The notes: generated by a model not told the origin, from the sequence alone. Counted from the stretch's first letter, positions 30,001-43,138 are shown. The stretch: 64,000 nt of DNA from Eledone cirrhosa (GCA_964016885.1 OZ024741.1:187116001-187180000), one strand, 5' to 3'. Made by a program: numbers and translations.

Positions 30001-30472
30001 AGCTTTGCTAGTTCGGGATAAACTCTACAGGCATGGAGGTGCCGTCAGCCGGGCATGTCCGAGATGCGCGCAGGGCGACGAAACCGTCCTGCACGCACTC
30101 GTCCAGTGTCCGAGCATTGCTGACTTGTGGGTTTATGTCGAACACCTGCTGTCACGTGTAGGACGGATCCAGCTATCAGCTGAGTCCATCGTGAGGATTG
30201 CCCCGCCCCCTTCCTTTAGCCTGGAAGGGCAGGCAGTTTTTATCTGTCTGGTGGCCATGGCGAAAGAGATAGTATGGTGGACACGTTTGAAAGGGCTGAA
30301 GACGAGCACTTACCTCTTCGGTGATGCCCTGATTAACTTTTTCAAATTTCATTTGAAAAGGAAAATCAGGGTAGAGAGGGAAGTGCTCTCTTCCCAGCAT
30401 TTTGTTGAAAGATGGGTGAGAGAAGCAAGTATGGCCCGAATGAATGGGCCTTCTCTGAGTATGTGTCTGTAA
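27050..30472 (+). pseudogene. Tx1 ORF2 (APE endonuclease, RT, C-terminal zinc finger), one stop and two frameshifts
   Basis: SINARGL, ISET, VYAP, GDWN, SYLDR, TDH, GPGYWKLN; KSPGLDG, NFRPITL, LDQSKAFDRVDH, VRQGCPLS, AYADD, LLGVWF; CPRC..ETVLHALVQC. Confidence 0.95.
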
Positions 30473-30728
30473 ATTAAAGGTGGAAAACTGGGAGAGGGCA
30501 CTTGCCCTGGTGGTCAGGGCCACTGTGGTCTTTTAATGGGCTTTCTCCACAAATGTCCCTCGGAAGTCTCCCCCCTATTGGGGAATTTTTTCTTTGTTAT
30601 TTTATTTCAACCTCTGTTTTTTTTTACACGCAGAAATGCCCATTTGTACCGTCCTGTATTGTCCTGTACTGTCCTTAATGTCTACTTTATGTAAACCCTT
30701 GTGGTTAATAAAGAAAACATTATTATTA

Positions 30729-30793
<65 letters not shown>

Positions 30794-32172
30794 ATCATCA
30801 TTATCATAATCACCAACATCATTCTCATCACCATAATAATTATTGAATAACATCGAAAATAATTGACTATGCTATTATTTGCATGTTTTTCGAAGTTTGT
30901 TTTTCAGATTTATTTGTCTCTATAATTGCTCAGTGCCTTTCTGGTTTTCAATGTTAATTTCCGAGATTACAGTACTTTTCACAGGGAGACCTGTGTTTGA
31001 ATTCTTTATATTTCGAATATATACGATATGTTCTGGTTTTTATTTTCGATTTTACCAGTGTGTATAAACTAGAAAATTATCTCTCTGACACCTATTGATA
31101 TCGGTGCCTTACAGGTGTGTATTTTTACAAGAGTATTCCCGCTAAAAAGGCGAATGATCGAGTAAAAATTAGAATACATTTGGTTTATTTGTTGTATATT
31201 AAATAATAATTTTTTTTAATATCTTCCTCAAAATTTTATTCCTTTATATAGTTATTTAAGAGACAGTGTATAACGTAAGATATGTAAGTGGGCATTTCTG
31301 CCGACTCCATAATATACTAGATTCGATTCAATCAACTATAAGACTTCACAGCAACACAAGCATCATTTCTGTTACCCCCACCACCTAACATGCCGTTGAA
31401 GGTTAACAAAATGTTTTATTCAAACAATATTTTGTTCAAACAATATAAAAGATGTTACGTAAGATTTACATTTTCGTTGTCAGGAATAAAATAAAATTAT
31501 TAAATAAATCAAGGAAAATATGATGATTTAAGAATTCTGATATTTCAAGAAATTCTATGGAAATTGCAATTTTTTCAATTTCTTTCATTTTTCTCTATCT
31601 CTGGATGTATATGTGTAAATATTTATACGTGTAAGGAGAAGCTTGTTTTATTCTATGAAACACATAGTTATTACTAATATAGATATTCTTGTTATATTTC
31701 TGCTAGTCTCATCAGAATAGATCTTGGAATAAATTATATATATTTATATATATATATGTGAGAGAGAGAGAGAAAGAGTCTGCGTGTGTGAGTGTGTTTG
31801 TGTATTTTAATCTATGCGTGTGCATGTGTAATTATGTATATAGACACAAGGATACATGCATATATACAGACATGAATACATTATGTAAGCCCAATGTTAT
31901 CACAATATTTAGAATACACGATAGTTATTCCATAACAATGTGCAAAGTTGTAATTGTAATTTCTATTTTGACTTTACATTTCATGAGTTGTCATTTCTGC
32001 ATTTTTTAACTTCATTATGTGAGACTGAATGTCGAGGGAGATAAATATGAAACAAGCGAAATCAGTCATTCATTGATATATATATTACATACATAACATT
32101 AATATGTATGTATATAGATATACATCAGCTTTCGTGGATGTATGTGTATATATATATATATATATATGTATG

Positions 32173-32222
<50 letters not shown>

Positions 32223-32263
32223 AATATATATACACACGCACATATATATATATGTGTATATAT

Positions 32264-32314
<51 letters not shown>

Positions 32315-32320
32315 CATTCA

Positions 32321-32356
<36 letters not shown>

Positions 32357-32555
32357 TGTGTGTATGTGTGTGTGCGTGTGTGTGTGTATATACACACGCA
32401 CTTACCCACACGCACTTACCCACACGCATTTACCCACACGCATATACATATGTGTGTGTATGTATATGCAAGTATAAAACTATCATTTCCATCATCATTA
32501 TTGTTATTATAATGATATATTAATTACAATTTTTTGTTCTCGCCGTTTCTTTCAG

Positions 32556-32656
32556 ATGTTGATCTTCCTATTTGCCTTTAATATCACTGAACATGTCGTT
32601 CATGTTGATGTTATTGCCAGTTTTTTTTTTTTTTATTATATGTTTGTTCTCACATG
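32556..32656 (+). CDS. Candidate host exon: short 5' UTR plus signal-peptide-like start MSFMLMLLPVFFFFIICLFSH-G (ATG at 32593), phase-1 donor
   Basis: Acceptor ttctcgccgtttctttcAG at 32554-55; in-frame upstream TGA at 32560; hydrophobic N-terminus; donor G|GTAAGG at 32657. No downstream exon identified. Confidence 0.42.
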
Positions 32657-32883
32657 GTAAGGTCATTTATATGTCAATGTGCAATGTCGAGAGCGAAGGT
32701 GGTTGGAGCGGTGGGTAATTTGAGTTCTAATCTTGTAAAATCCCCTGGTTTGTTAACCAACATATTACAGAGTGTAGATACGATATAAATATTGATAATA
32801 ATCCGCCAAGAAAAAAAAAACACACACACACCCGTATAGACTCGCGTGTTCACACAAACTTACTCAAACACAGAAATATACTG

Positions 32884-32917
<34 letters not shown>

Positions 32918-32972
32918 CGTGTGTGTGTTATAAGGAGATAGGGTGAGACACACGCACACACATATATATATT

Positions 32973-33004
<32 letters not shown>

Positions 33005-33043
33005 AACAGAGAGAGGGGGGTAGAAAGAGGTAGAGGGAAAGAG

Positions 33044-33075
<32 letters not shown>

Positions 33076-33279
33076 GTGAGAGAGATTTATTGGTTTCCGC
33101 TGTGGTAAAATGCAGAGCAGCGCAAAGATAAGAGAGACGAGAGAAATATTACATATTAAAAGCTTGTTTTCGAGTGGCATTACACGGTGTTTCACATTTC
33201 TGAACCTCATGTGATTCAGGATCAGTAACGAGAAACCTCTTCTATCAATGGATGAAGACATTCTTATGAATAAATAATA

Positions 33280-33288
33280 TATTGGTGT

Positions 33289-33356
<68 letters not shown>

Positions 33357-33437
33357 CTGTGCTACTGCTTGTGTTTGTGTGTGTGTGTTTCTCTCTCTGT
33401 GTGTGTGCGTGTGTGTGTATGTGTTTGTGTTTGTGTG

Positions 33438-33468
<31 letters not shown>

Positions 33469-33469
33469 A

Positions 33470-33504
<35 letters not shown>

Positions 33505-33940
33505 TTGTTTGTGTGTATGGGTTTGTGTACTTGTGTCTGTGTGTGTGTGTTTGAGTGTGTGTGTGTGTGTTTGTGTGTTTGAGTGTGTGATTTTGTGCTT
33601 CTGCTTGTATTTGTGTGTGTGATTCTCTCTCTCTCTCTGTACGTGTGTGTGTGTTTGTGTTTGTGCGTGTGTGTTTCTGTGTATGTGTGTGTGTGTGCTA
33701 TTGTTTGTGTGTATATGTTTGTGTGCTTGTGTCTGGGTGTGTGTTTGAGTGAGTGTGTGTTTCTGTGCTTGTGCTTGTGTTTGTGTGTGTGCGTTTCTCT
33801 CTGTGTATGCGTGTGTGTGTGTGCTTGTGTTTCTGTGTGTGTGTGTGTGTGTATGTGTGTGCTTCTGTGTTTGTTTTTGTGTGTGTGTTTGTGATTGCGC
33901 GCGTGTGTGTGTGTGTGTGTACTTCTGTGTGTGTATGTGT
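33280..33940. repeat. Degenerate (GT)n/(CT)n microsatellite block
   Basis: Direct reading. Confidence 0.95.
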
Positions 33941-34109
33941 ATGAAATCATCAGGAAAGTTCTGCTAGTGCCATAAGAATGAAACATCGAAGATCCGTTAT
34001 ATGGAAGAATGGTGATGTAAAGGCGCTTGGCGGGTACCATTTAACAGCAGACACACTAAAACCCAATAGGGTGGGGTGGCTTCTAAACAAGTGGGGTGGT
34101 GTGGTCGAT

Positions 34110-34141
<32 letters not shown>

Positions 34142-34213
34142 CGCTATCATCGGCGGTGTCATAGCGGTGGGGGCAAACCTGTCGGTTTTATTGTCATTTA
34201 TTGCTATTGCTGC

Positions 34214-34244
<31 letters not shown>

Positions 34245-34471
34245 GGTGCAGTTGTCGTTGTTGTTGTTGTTGGAGAAGGTGGTGGTGGTGTTGTTGTTGT
34301 TGTTGGTGGTGGTGGTGTGTGTACTGCTGTTGGTGGTGGTGGTGGTGGTGGTGGTGCTGCTGCTGTTGTTGTTGGTGGTGGTCGTGTCGTTGTTGGTGGT
34401 GTTGTTGTGGTTGTTGTCGTTGTTGTTGTTGTTTGTGGTGCTGGTGCTGTTATTGTTGTTGCTGTTGTTGG

Positions 34472-34502
<31 letters not shown>

Positions 34503-34630
34503 GGTGGTGGTGGTAGTGGTGGTGGTGGTGGTAAGGTGGTGATAGTGGTGGTTGTCCTGTCGATGGAGTTGTTGATGGTGGTGGTGGTGATAGTGGTAGT
34601 GATAGTGGTGAAAGATGGTGTTGTTGATGT
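34110..34630. repeat. Compound (GTT)n/(GGT)n/(GCT)n trinucleotide repeat
   Basis: Direct reading; open in several frames only because it lacks stop codons. Confidence 0.95.
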
Positions 34631-35029
34631 GAATATCACCGCCGACGCTGTCACTCTCACGTGACACCCATCCTACCATAACCAGATATATCCATTGATT
34701 GATACTCCTGACTGCTTACCCCAACAATTAGGCTTCGCCGTTCGCCAACACCACTCGACGACCCATACCACACGCCCGGACTGTATAGTGGTCTTCAAAG
34801 AAACATAAGCTTCACAACGACTATACTATTGTCGTCGACATCGTCGTCGTGGTTGTTGTTTCTCTTGCAGTCGTTGTCACAATCATCGCTATCTTTTATT
34901 TTATCTCTATTTTGTTTTTTATTATCTATTTTTGCCTTTCTGTTCTTTCTAATTATTAGTTATATATGTTCAATTCGGCCAAATTATTTTCTTATCTTGT
35001 TTGCTTTTCCCAGATATAATTATATTGGT

Positions 35030-35238
35030 TTCTTATATAGGCACAAGGCCAGCAATTTGGGGGGGGGGGGAGGAGAAAGTCGATTAAACCGACCCCGGTG
35101 CGTGACTGGTACTTTATTTTATCGACCCCGTAAGGATGAAAGGCAAAGTTAACCACGGCGGGATTTGAACTCAGATCATAAAAGACCGTAACTCTATGCT
35201 GCAAAGCATGGCGTCCGACCCGCTACCGATACTGCAAT
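35030..35238 (-). mobile_element. SINE family S (longer variant)
   Basis: ggcacaaggccagcaatt...tcgaccccgtaaggatgaaaggcaaag...gggatttgaactcag...ctaccgatactgcaat. Confidence 0.88.
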
Positions 35239-36676
35239 GATATATGTGTGGAATTTGGTATTAATAAGTGTGGAGTCCTAGTGATGAAGAGAGGTAAATT
35301 GAGCAGAAGCAACGGAATCCAGGTACCAATAGGTGAGATGATAAAGGAAATTGACACTGAAGAAGGATACAAATATTTAGGTGTTCTGGAGGCAGATGAC
35401 ATCAAGAACAAACAAATGAAGGAATTGATAAGATCTGAGTACATTAGGAGAGTAAGGAGCGTATTAAAATCACATCTGAACAGTAGGAATGCCATAAGTG
35501 CAGTAAATTCCCGAGCTGTGTCTATTATTAGGTACAGTGCGGGAATTCTGAGATGGAATGTTGCTGAACAAAAAGAAATGGATAGGAAGACTAGGAAGCT
35601 ATTGACTATCTACAACATGTTCCACAAGAGGAGTGATGTCGATAGACTCTACTTAAATAGATCTGAAGGTGGAAGAGGTCTTATCAGCATAGAGGACTGT
35701 GTTCAGATGGAGAAAAACAACCTGCACAAATACGTGACTGACAGTAGGGCGCCAATGCTCAAAATTGTACTGAAGGAGAGGACATTAGACCAGGGGATGT
35801 CCAAGGAGGAAATAACAAAAAGAAGGAAGAGCAACCTTCATGAAAAATCCCTTCATACTACCTTCTTTAGGAAAACTGAATTTAGAGAACCACAGACATG
35901 GAAATGGTTAAAAAGAGGAGACCTTAAAAAGGCTACAGAAGGAATGCTAATGGCTGCGCAAGAGCAGGCCCTCAGGACGAAGTGGGTGAAACATCCATAT
36001 TTACAAGGAGGAGGCTAGTCCACTGTGTGGGATCGGTGGAGAGAGAGAGGAGACTGTGGCTCACATTGTATCCGAGTGTAAACACCTAGCCCAGACTCAC
36101 TATATAAGGTTGGAGAAATGATGTGATGGGCAGGGTGATCCACTGGCACCTATGCAAAGTAAACAATTTACCACATTCTGAGAAGTGGTATGAGCATAAG
36201 CCAGAGTCGGTGATAGAAAACGATCAGGTGAAGGTGCTGTGGGATTTTACGATACAGACGGACAAGAACCTGGAAGACAATAGACCTGACCTGGTGGTTT
36301 TGGACAAGGATAAAAAGATCGTGCCTGATTGTAGATGTAGCCTGCCCATTTGACACGAGAGTGCAAGAAAAGGAGAGGGAGAAAATTAACCGATACCAGG
36401 ACTTAAAGTGGGCGGTAAAAAGGATTTTGAACTGCCATGAAGTCAAGGTCGTCCCGATTGTCATAGGCGCACTAGGTATTATCTCAAAGAGTTTCCAAGG
36501 ATGGTTAAAGAAGATAGTCCATCCCCGCTTTTTGGAACACTTCAAAAGGCATGATTGCTTAGAACAGCAAGAACCCTCCGAAACGTCCTGAATGTCTGAA
36601 GCTGCAGGTAGTGGCTTGATATTCATTTCAGCAAACCTTCCATTTAAATAACATCAATGACTGAGACTCAAAGAAC
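35239..36676 (+). mobile_element. 5'-truncated R4/Dong RLE LINE, family B, (AAT)n-tailed
   Basis: EFGINKC, YKYLG, RKTRKLL, DVDRLY..GGRGL, AAQEQAL, ETVAHIVSEC, WDFTIQTD..RPDLVV, VPIVIGALG; 3' UTR ...gactgagactcaaagaac + (AAT)n. Confidence 0.92.
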
Positions 36677-36730
<54 letters not shown>

Positions 36731-36731
<1 letters not shown>

Positions 36732-39700
36732 CTTTCTTTATTAACCACAAGGGTTTACATAAAGTAGACATTAAGAACAGTACAGGACAATACAGGACGG
36801 TACAAATGGGCATTTCTGCGTGTAAAAGAAAGCAGAGGATGTAATAAAAATAACAATGAAAAATTCCCCAATAGGGGGGAGACTTCCGAGGGACATTTGT
36901 AAACAAAGCCCATTAAAAGGCCGCAGTGACCCTGACCACCAGAGCAAGTGCCCTCTCCCAGTTTTCCACCTTTAATTTACAGACACATAATCAGAGTAGG
37001 CCCATTCACTCGGCCATAGTTGCTTCTCTCATCCATCTTTCAACAAAATGCTGGGAAGAGAGCACTACCCTGATTTTCCTTTTCAAATGAAATTTGAAAA
37101 AGTTAATCAGGACATCACCGAAGAGGTAAGTGCTCGCCTTCAGCCCTTTCAAACGTGTCCACCATACTATCTCTTTCGCCATGGCCACCAGACAGATAAA
37201 AACTGCCTGCCCTTCCCAGCTAAAGGAAGAGGGCGGAGCAATCCTCATGATGGACTCAGCTGATAGCTGGATCCGTCCTACACGTGACAGCAGGTGTTCG
37301 ACATAAGCCCAGAAGTCAGCAATGCTCGGACACTGGACGAGTGCGTGCAGGACGGTTTCGTCACCCAGCGCGCATCACGGACATGCCCGGCTGACGGCAC
37401 CTCCATGCCTGTAGAGTTTATCCCGAACTGGCAAAGGTCCTCGGTAGCACTGCCAGGCCAGGGATTTCTGGAAGTTGTCCATAGGCACCGGTCCGAAAGT
37501 CCTTCCGCAGAGATTGGCTAGTTGATTTTCGTCGACGCCTAGAGTTTCTCCAAGTACGTCGTCGCTCTTCCCCTCCACTAATCCTATATAGAACGCCAAG
37601 GTGGTGTTTCCACCGATCACATTGCCCTATTGGTCGAGGGCTGTGAGCGCCTGAAGACATTCCAGTCTCCAAGCGCTCCCTCTCCGTCTTCGCTTGACCC
37701 AGGACTGCAGCTCCGTCAAGGAGACGAGCAGGGGAAAGATGTGTCTAGCAAACGGCGACCACACTTGATCACCGTCGATGAAGAGGTGGAGATGTCGTAA
37801 CCTGAGCGCGTGTCTGCGCATCATCAGCCACGGCATGCCCAGCCCTCCACGTAGCGGGTGTTGACAGCAGATGGACCGCCTGACCATCGGAGCGCGTCCC
37901 TTCCACAAAAAGAGAAAGAGCAAACGCTCCAGCGCAGTCAAGCGGGACTTAGGACAAGGTACGACGGTCAGGCGGTAGTAGATGACGGACGCGATGTACG
38001 CGTTGGCCACCTCCGCTCAACTTTTCAGGGATAGCTTCCTCTCCGCCCATTTCTGGGTGAGAGAAGCCACCCTGCTCGTCACCTCGTCCCAGTTTTCATC
38101 CGCCTGGAGGTCCGGACCGAACCAGACCCCTAGCAATTTAACCGGTCGGTCCGTCCAGCGCCCGACGACGCTGTTGGACGGCATGGACCTGCCTCTCCAG
38201 GTGCCGAGCTGCAGGCCCACTGACTTTTCCTGGTTGATCATTGCTCCTGTCACCGCTTCGTATTCTCTTAGTGTAGTGCCGATCGCCTCGATGTGTTTGG
38301 CGTTCGACACCACTACGGTGACATCGTCCGCATATGCTGACGCGGATATTCCGCATCCTAGTTCGCGCGGGACACCCCTCAACGTCTCCAGTTTGTACAG
38401 TAATGGCGCGAGAGTCAATACGTACAAGAGGGACGAGAGGGGACATCCTTGGCGGACCGAGCGCATGATGTTGAACTGTTCCGAAAGGTGACCGTTCACT
38501 CTCACCACAGAGCAGATGTCGCTATTCATGGCAGCGATGCAGCCTCTGAAGACGGGCTCAAAGCCAGTTGCCTTCAGGACTGCCGCTAGATAACGATGGT
38601 CGACCTTATCGAAAGCTTTCGACTGATCTAAATTGATCAAGGACTCACCCGTGCCAGGTTCCCTAGCTACCCTCTCTACGATGTATCGCATGAGGTGGAG
38701 GTTGTCGTGGATGGATCTGTTGGGAATGGCGCATGTCTGCGCCTCTCCTACCAGACCACCAACGACAAGCGCCAACATCTTTGCTAGCACCTTGGCCAAA
38801 ATCTTGAACTCTGTGTTTTGCAGAGTTATGGCCCTGAAATTATCTATGTTATCCCCCTTGTTCGGATCCTTTCTCAGCAGTGCCACCGCTCCTCGGCTCA
38901 CAGAGCTGGGAATTCTCCCGTTCTGTTGCCAGTTGCAGTAGACGTCTGCCAAGAGGCCTCCGAACAAGTCTGGCATCTGTACGTAAATTCATAAGGCAGA
39001 CCATCCAAACCAGGCGATTTACCCCTTGTGCAGCCAGTCATGGCCTCCCGTACTTCAGCCGCTGTCATCGGTTTTTCGCAACACTCCGCCTCAGTGGCAG
39101 AGAGCTGCGGCAGTCCGTCGAGGTAGACACTAAAGTCCATCCCTCGATCCGGCCCGCCGCTGCCCCTGAACAGCTGTGCGAAGTGTCGCTGAAAAGCTTC
39201 ACAGTTTTCCCGGGATCGAGTAGCATGCGCCCGTCGTGGTCCACCAAAGACCGGATCGTGGCTTTGTTGCCACGACGCGCCTCCGCCACTCGGGCCCATT
39301 GAACGGCTTTCGTGCCCTCGTGTCTGAGAGCACGCACCCTAGCTCTGACAACGCAGCCTTCGTGCTCTGCATTGAAGAATTGGTCAAGGGCCAATTTCGC
39401 CGCAAGTACGTCGGTCGTGATGCGTTTGCTAAGCGCCTCATCTAATTTTCTAACTAATTCTCCCTCTGCTCTATTTTTCTCTATTGCTAAAGCCTTACTA
39501 AACCTAATCGACTCTATTCTAATTGCTCTTTTCAGAGCAAACCGCCACTTGTTGTTGACGATGGCCCCCGTCAACGCCCGCTTAACTAGTTCGCTAATCC
39601 TGTCTCTGTAGGCCTTGCGCGCTGTAAGGACGCGTTTAGATTCCAGTAGCCGGGTCCTCGTCTATGAAGCCTATCTAAGTCAAGCACACAGATCACGAAT

Positions 39701-42187
39701 TTGTGGTCCGTGCAGCTGACTATCTTGAATTGTGGGGGCATAGACGGCAACTAGCCTGAAGGTTTGCCCGTCTCCGCTGGTCACGTCTAGCACCACCAAC
39801 TTACCTTCTGGGTCCAGGAAGATGGCCAGTATGGTGAGATCCAAATCCCTCCCAAAAAGCACAGCAACTCCTCCCCCCGATCCCGGACGGCTGGGAGATG
39901 CGTACACATCGTAGCCGCCGAAGATCGGTGCGAAGGCCCGTGCTTCGGCGATTCTGATCTCGCTGATGGCCACTACATCTATGTTTAGTGACCTGAGGTC
40001 GTTGAGCAGGTGGCCCTGCTTCCATGACGACCCCAAGCCACGCGCATTTATGCTGCCTATTCTGAGTGAGGTCATGTTGAAATGCAGTGGAAAAGATGGG
40101 AAAGACCACTTACCTTACTTCTCGTTGAGGAAGGATGGTTTCTCCATCCTGTTCACTGCTTGTGGCCTCCTCCGGAAGGATGTCCTTATAAATCCTCCTG
40201 GAGAGTGTTTGTCGGAAGTCTCCGATGTCTTTGAGGAATTTTTGTTTTAGGGTCGTGTACGTTTTCTGTGTGATGCGAGTGATTTGTATGTGTGGAGGTG
40301 GTGTGAATTTTGGGGTTGTTGTGTAGTCTTTTTCTGTGATGCTGGTGTTGTGTTGGATGTAGTGTAATAATTGCTTGTTGTTCAAATTTAATGCTGTGTA
40401 GTGTGTATCGTTTTGGTTGTTTTGTTTTGTTTGCGTTTGTTGTGGGTTTGTTTCTGTTTCGCTTTTTGGTGACTTTTGTGGTGTTGGTGATGATGGTGTT
40501 GGGGTTAATGATGGTGATGGTGTTGGTGTTTGTGGTGATGGGGTTGGTAAATGCTGGTGTGCCTGGTGACATAGCTGTCCTAACTTTTTTGTTTGAAAGT
40601 TTATTTGTTTCCCTCTGTATTTTATTTTTGGAGGGGGAAGGAAGTGGATTTTTTCTTTTTTGGCTTCTTTTTCTTTTTTTCTGTTTTCCTGATACAGTTT
40701 CCCACTCCTCGTCGTCACAATCAGTTGCGATAGGTCGGGGAGTGGAAAATCCTCCACAGGCGTTGGTTTTGGTTGTGGCGTGGTGGATGGTGTAGGTGAT
40801 CGTGCTAGTTCTGGCGCGTTGGGTGGTGGTAGTGTTGGTTTTGCTACTGTTGCTGGGGTTTTTGCTGTTACAGTTGCTTCTGTTCTTGCTGCTACAGTTG
40901 TTGCTGCCATTTCTGCTGCTGCTGGTGTTGATGGTTGAGTCACTGGGGTGGGTAAGAGAGGTGGCCTCAACCTTTTAGCCTGAGGGCAGAAAGCCCTTAG
41001 GTGGGTTCCTTCACCACAAACGACACACCTAGGCCTTCTGCCCTCGACGATTACGGTGAGGTGGCTGCCGTTAGTGAGGTCTATTACCTCTGGGATTTCC
41101 TCAATGCTTTTTTGGTCCGCTTGGATCAGGAGCTCCATCCCTGATCCGGGCCAGTTCTCCTGCTTTTCTTTAGCTATTTCGATTATCTTCGTGTTGGCCT
41201 CGATGCCGGCGAGGACGGCAGCTATTAGCCAGGGAATTTCGATGGCCGGTGGAACGTGGGTCACGAGTCTCTGGTCACAATAGCTTGGGACGAGTGTGAA
41301 GTCGTCACTTCTTAATGGGGCCATGGAGTGTTCTCTGGCCTCCTGTGGTGTTCCAAAGAACACGTCCACGGTTCCATATTTCTGCCCACGTCTGATGTGG
41401 GGTTTTTTTTGCCCACACATGTCCGATAAGACACGGTGCATAGGCGCCGATGCTCCATTTTATTTGGTGGGGGTTGAGGCTGACCCTGTACCCATCTTTC
41501 TTTACCATTTTCTTGGCTTCATCTAGTTCCTCCTGAGTTACATGGATCGTTTCGCATGTTTTAGCTGCTTTGGCAAAAGACACGATGCTGTTATTCTCAT
41601 TGTTGTTGATGCTGTTGTTGTTATTGTTACTTTTGTTATTGTTATTTTTAGTTTCAGTTGTGGTGGTGGTGGCGTTAATGGTGTTCGGTGTGGAAGAGTC
41701 CAATCTGGGTGAATCCAGTTCGATGTCACGAGATAATTAATTTTTTTCTTTTGTTTCTTTTGTCGCTGTTGTGGTAGTGGGGGTGGCGGCTTCAACACCT
41801 GCAGTCATTGGTAATGGCGGGAAATGAATGTCTGCATGAGACAAATTTAAATTATTGCTACTGCTTATATTTTTAGTGTTGGCAAACGTAGTAATATTTA
41901 CAATGGTGGTGTTGGTGTGAGGTGTTAGTTTGTGAGGAAGGCTCTCAGCTATTTGGTGTAGCTGTGAGTCGTCCATGATTTTTTCAAAGAAATTTTTTTT
42001 GATAATTATAAAAGTTTAAATTTGGGGCTCAAGTCTCCAATCTTTTTGAGTGTCCTTTTCGAAAGCAAATTTTGTGACTTTATAAATAGTTAACAACAAA
42101 AATTTTCCATAAATGGCAATTTTAAACAAACGAAAACAACAAACATTTGTGGAGCTCACGATGATACAATTTCCTACGTAGGGCGCC
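36731..42187 (-). mobile_element. Full-length Tx1/L1-clade LINE, copy 2 (inverted relative to copy 1; ~310-bp deletion in APE)
   Basis: ORFs 37006-41976 closely match copy 1; same 5' (ggcgccctacgtag) and 3' (cccttgtggttaataaagaaagc) ends; (ATT)n on both sides of the sense strand; YAP joined to PQFKIVS at ~39733. Confidence 0.95.
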
Positions 42188-42211
42188 AATAATAATAATA
42201 ATAATAATAAT

Positions 42212-42387
42212 AATTGCTCCTACTTTTGGCACAAGGCCAGCAATTACCCAGTGTATTACTGGTTCTTTATTTTATCGACCCCCATAAGGCTGAAAGGCAA
42301 AGTTAAACGCGGCGGGATTTGAACTCAGAATGGCAAGGGCCGTAACTCTATGCCTCAAAGCATGGCGTCCGACCCTGTCAATCCACA
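42212..42387 (-). mobile_element. SINE family S immediately upstream of Tx1 copy 2
   Basis: B box, central domain, 3' ggccttgtgccaaaagtaggagcaatt + (ATT)n. Confidence 0.88.
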
Positions 42388-42746
42388 ATAATAATAATAA
42401 TATTCGTTCATTGAATTGAATTACTTTGTCAATATATAAATATTCATTAGCATTTTGCTAAATAGTAATTAACAATGTGATAAACTTTACATGAAAAAAA
42501 TTATCTCCTAAGATTTGCGAAGTTTGAATTCCCATTACTATTGTATATGTGTGTGTATGTATGTGTATAAAAAAAAAAGAGAGTAAAAGAGAAGGAAAGA
42601 AAGAGAGATAAATAAATATATATGTATATATATATATATACATACACACATATATATACACATATATACATATACACATACATATATACTTACATATATA
42701 CTTACATATATACACACATATACATACATGTATGTACACACACACC

Positions 42747-42780
<34 letters not shown>

Positions 42781-42838
42781 GGCGGTGCCCCAGCATGGCC
42801 TCAGCCGGATGGCTGAAACAGGTAAAAGAGTAAAAGAG

Positions 42839-42872
<34 letters not shown>

Positions 42873-42898
42873 TTATGTATATATATATACATATATAC

Positions 42899-42959
<61 letters not shown>

Positions 42960-42981
42960 GTATATATATATACATATATAC

Positions 42982-43052
<71 letters not shown>

Positions 43053-43074
43053 GTATATATATATACATATATAC

Positions 43075-43138
<64 letters not shown>

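Larger units (their letters stand above)
24810..30718 (+). mobile_element. Full-length Tx1/L1-clade LINE, copy 1
   Basis: 5' end ggcgacctacgtag shared with copy 2; ORF1 with zinc knuckle; ORF2 APE + RT + zinc finger; (ATT)n on both sides. Confidence 0.95.

Noticed and set aside
31690-31720. CTGATGA...GAAA on the minus strand (also a CTGATCC-type near-match at ~33180-33230)
   Set aside because: Stems I and II do not pair or the core is incomplete; compatible with chance.
33950-34679. Pro/Thr-rich mucin- or extensin-like ORF and its Gly/Val antisense ORF
   Set aside because: Compound GGT/GTT repeat open in several frames on both strands, with no splice or domain support.
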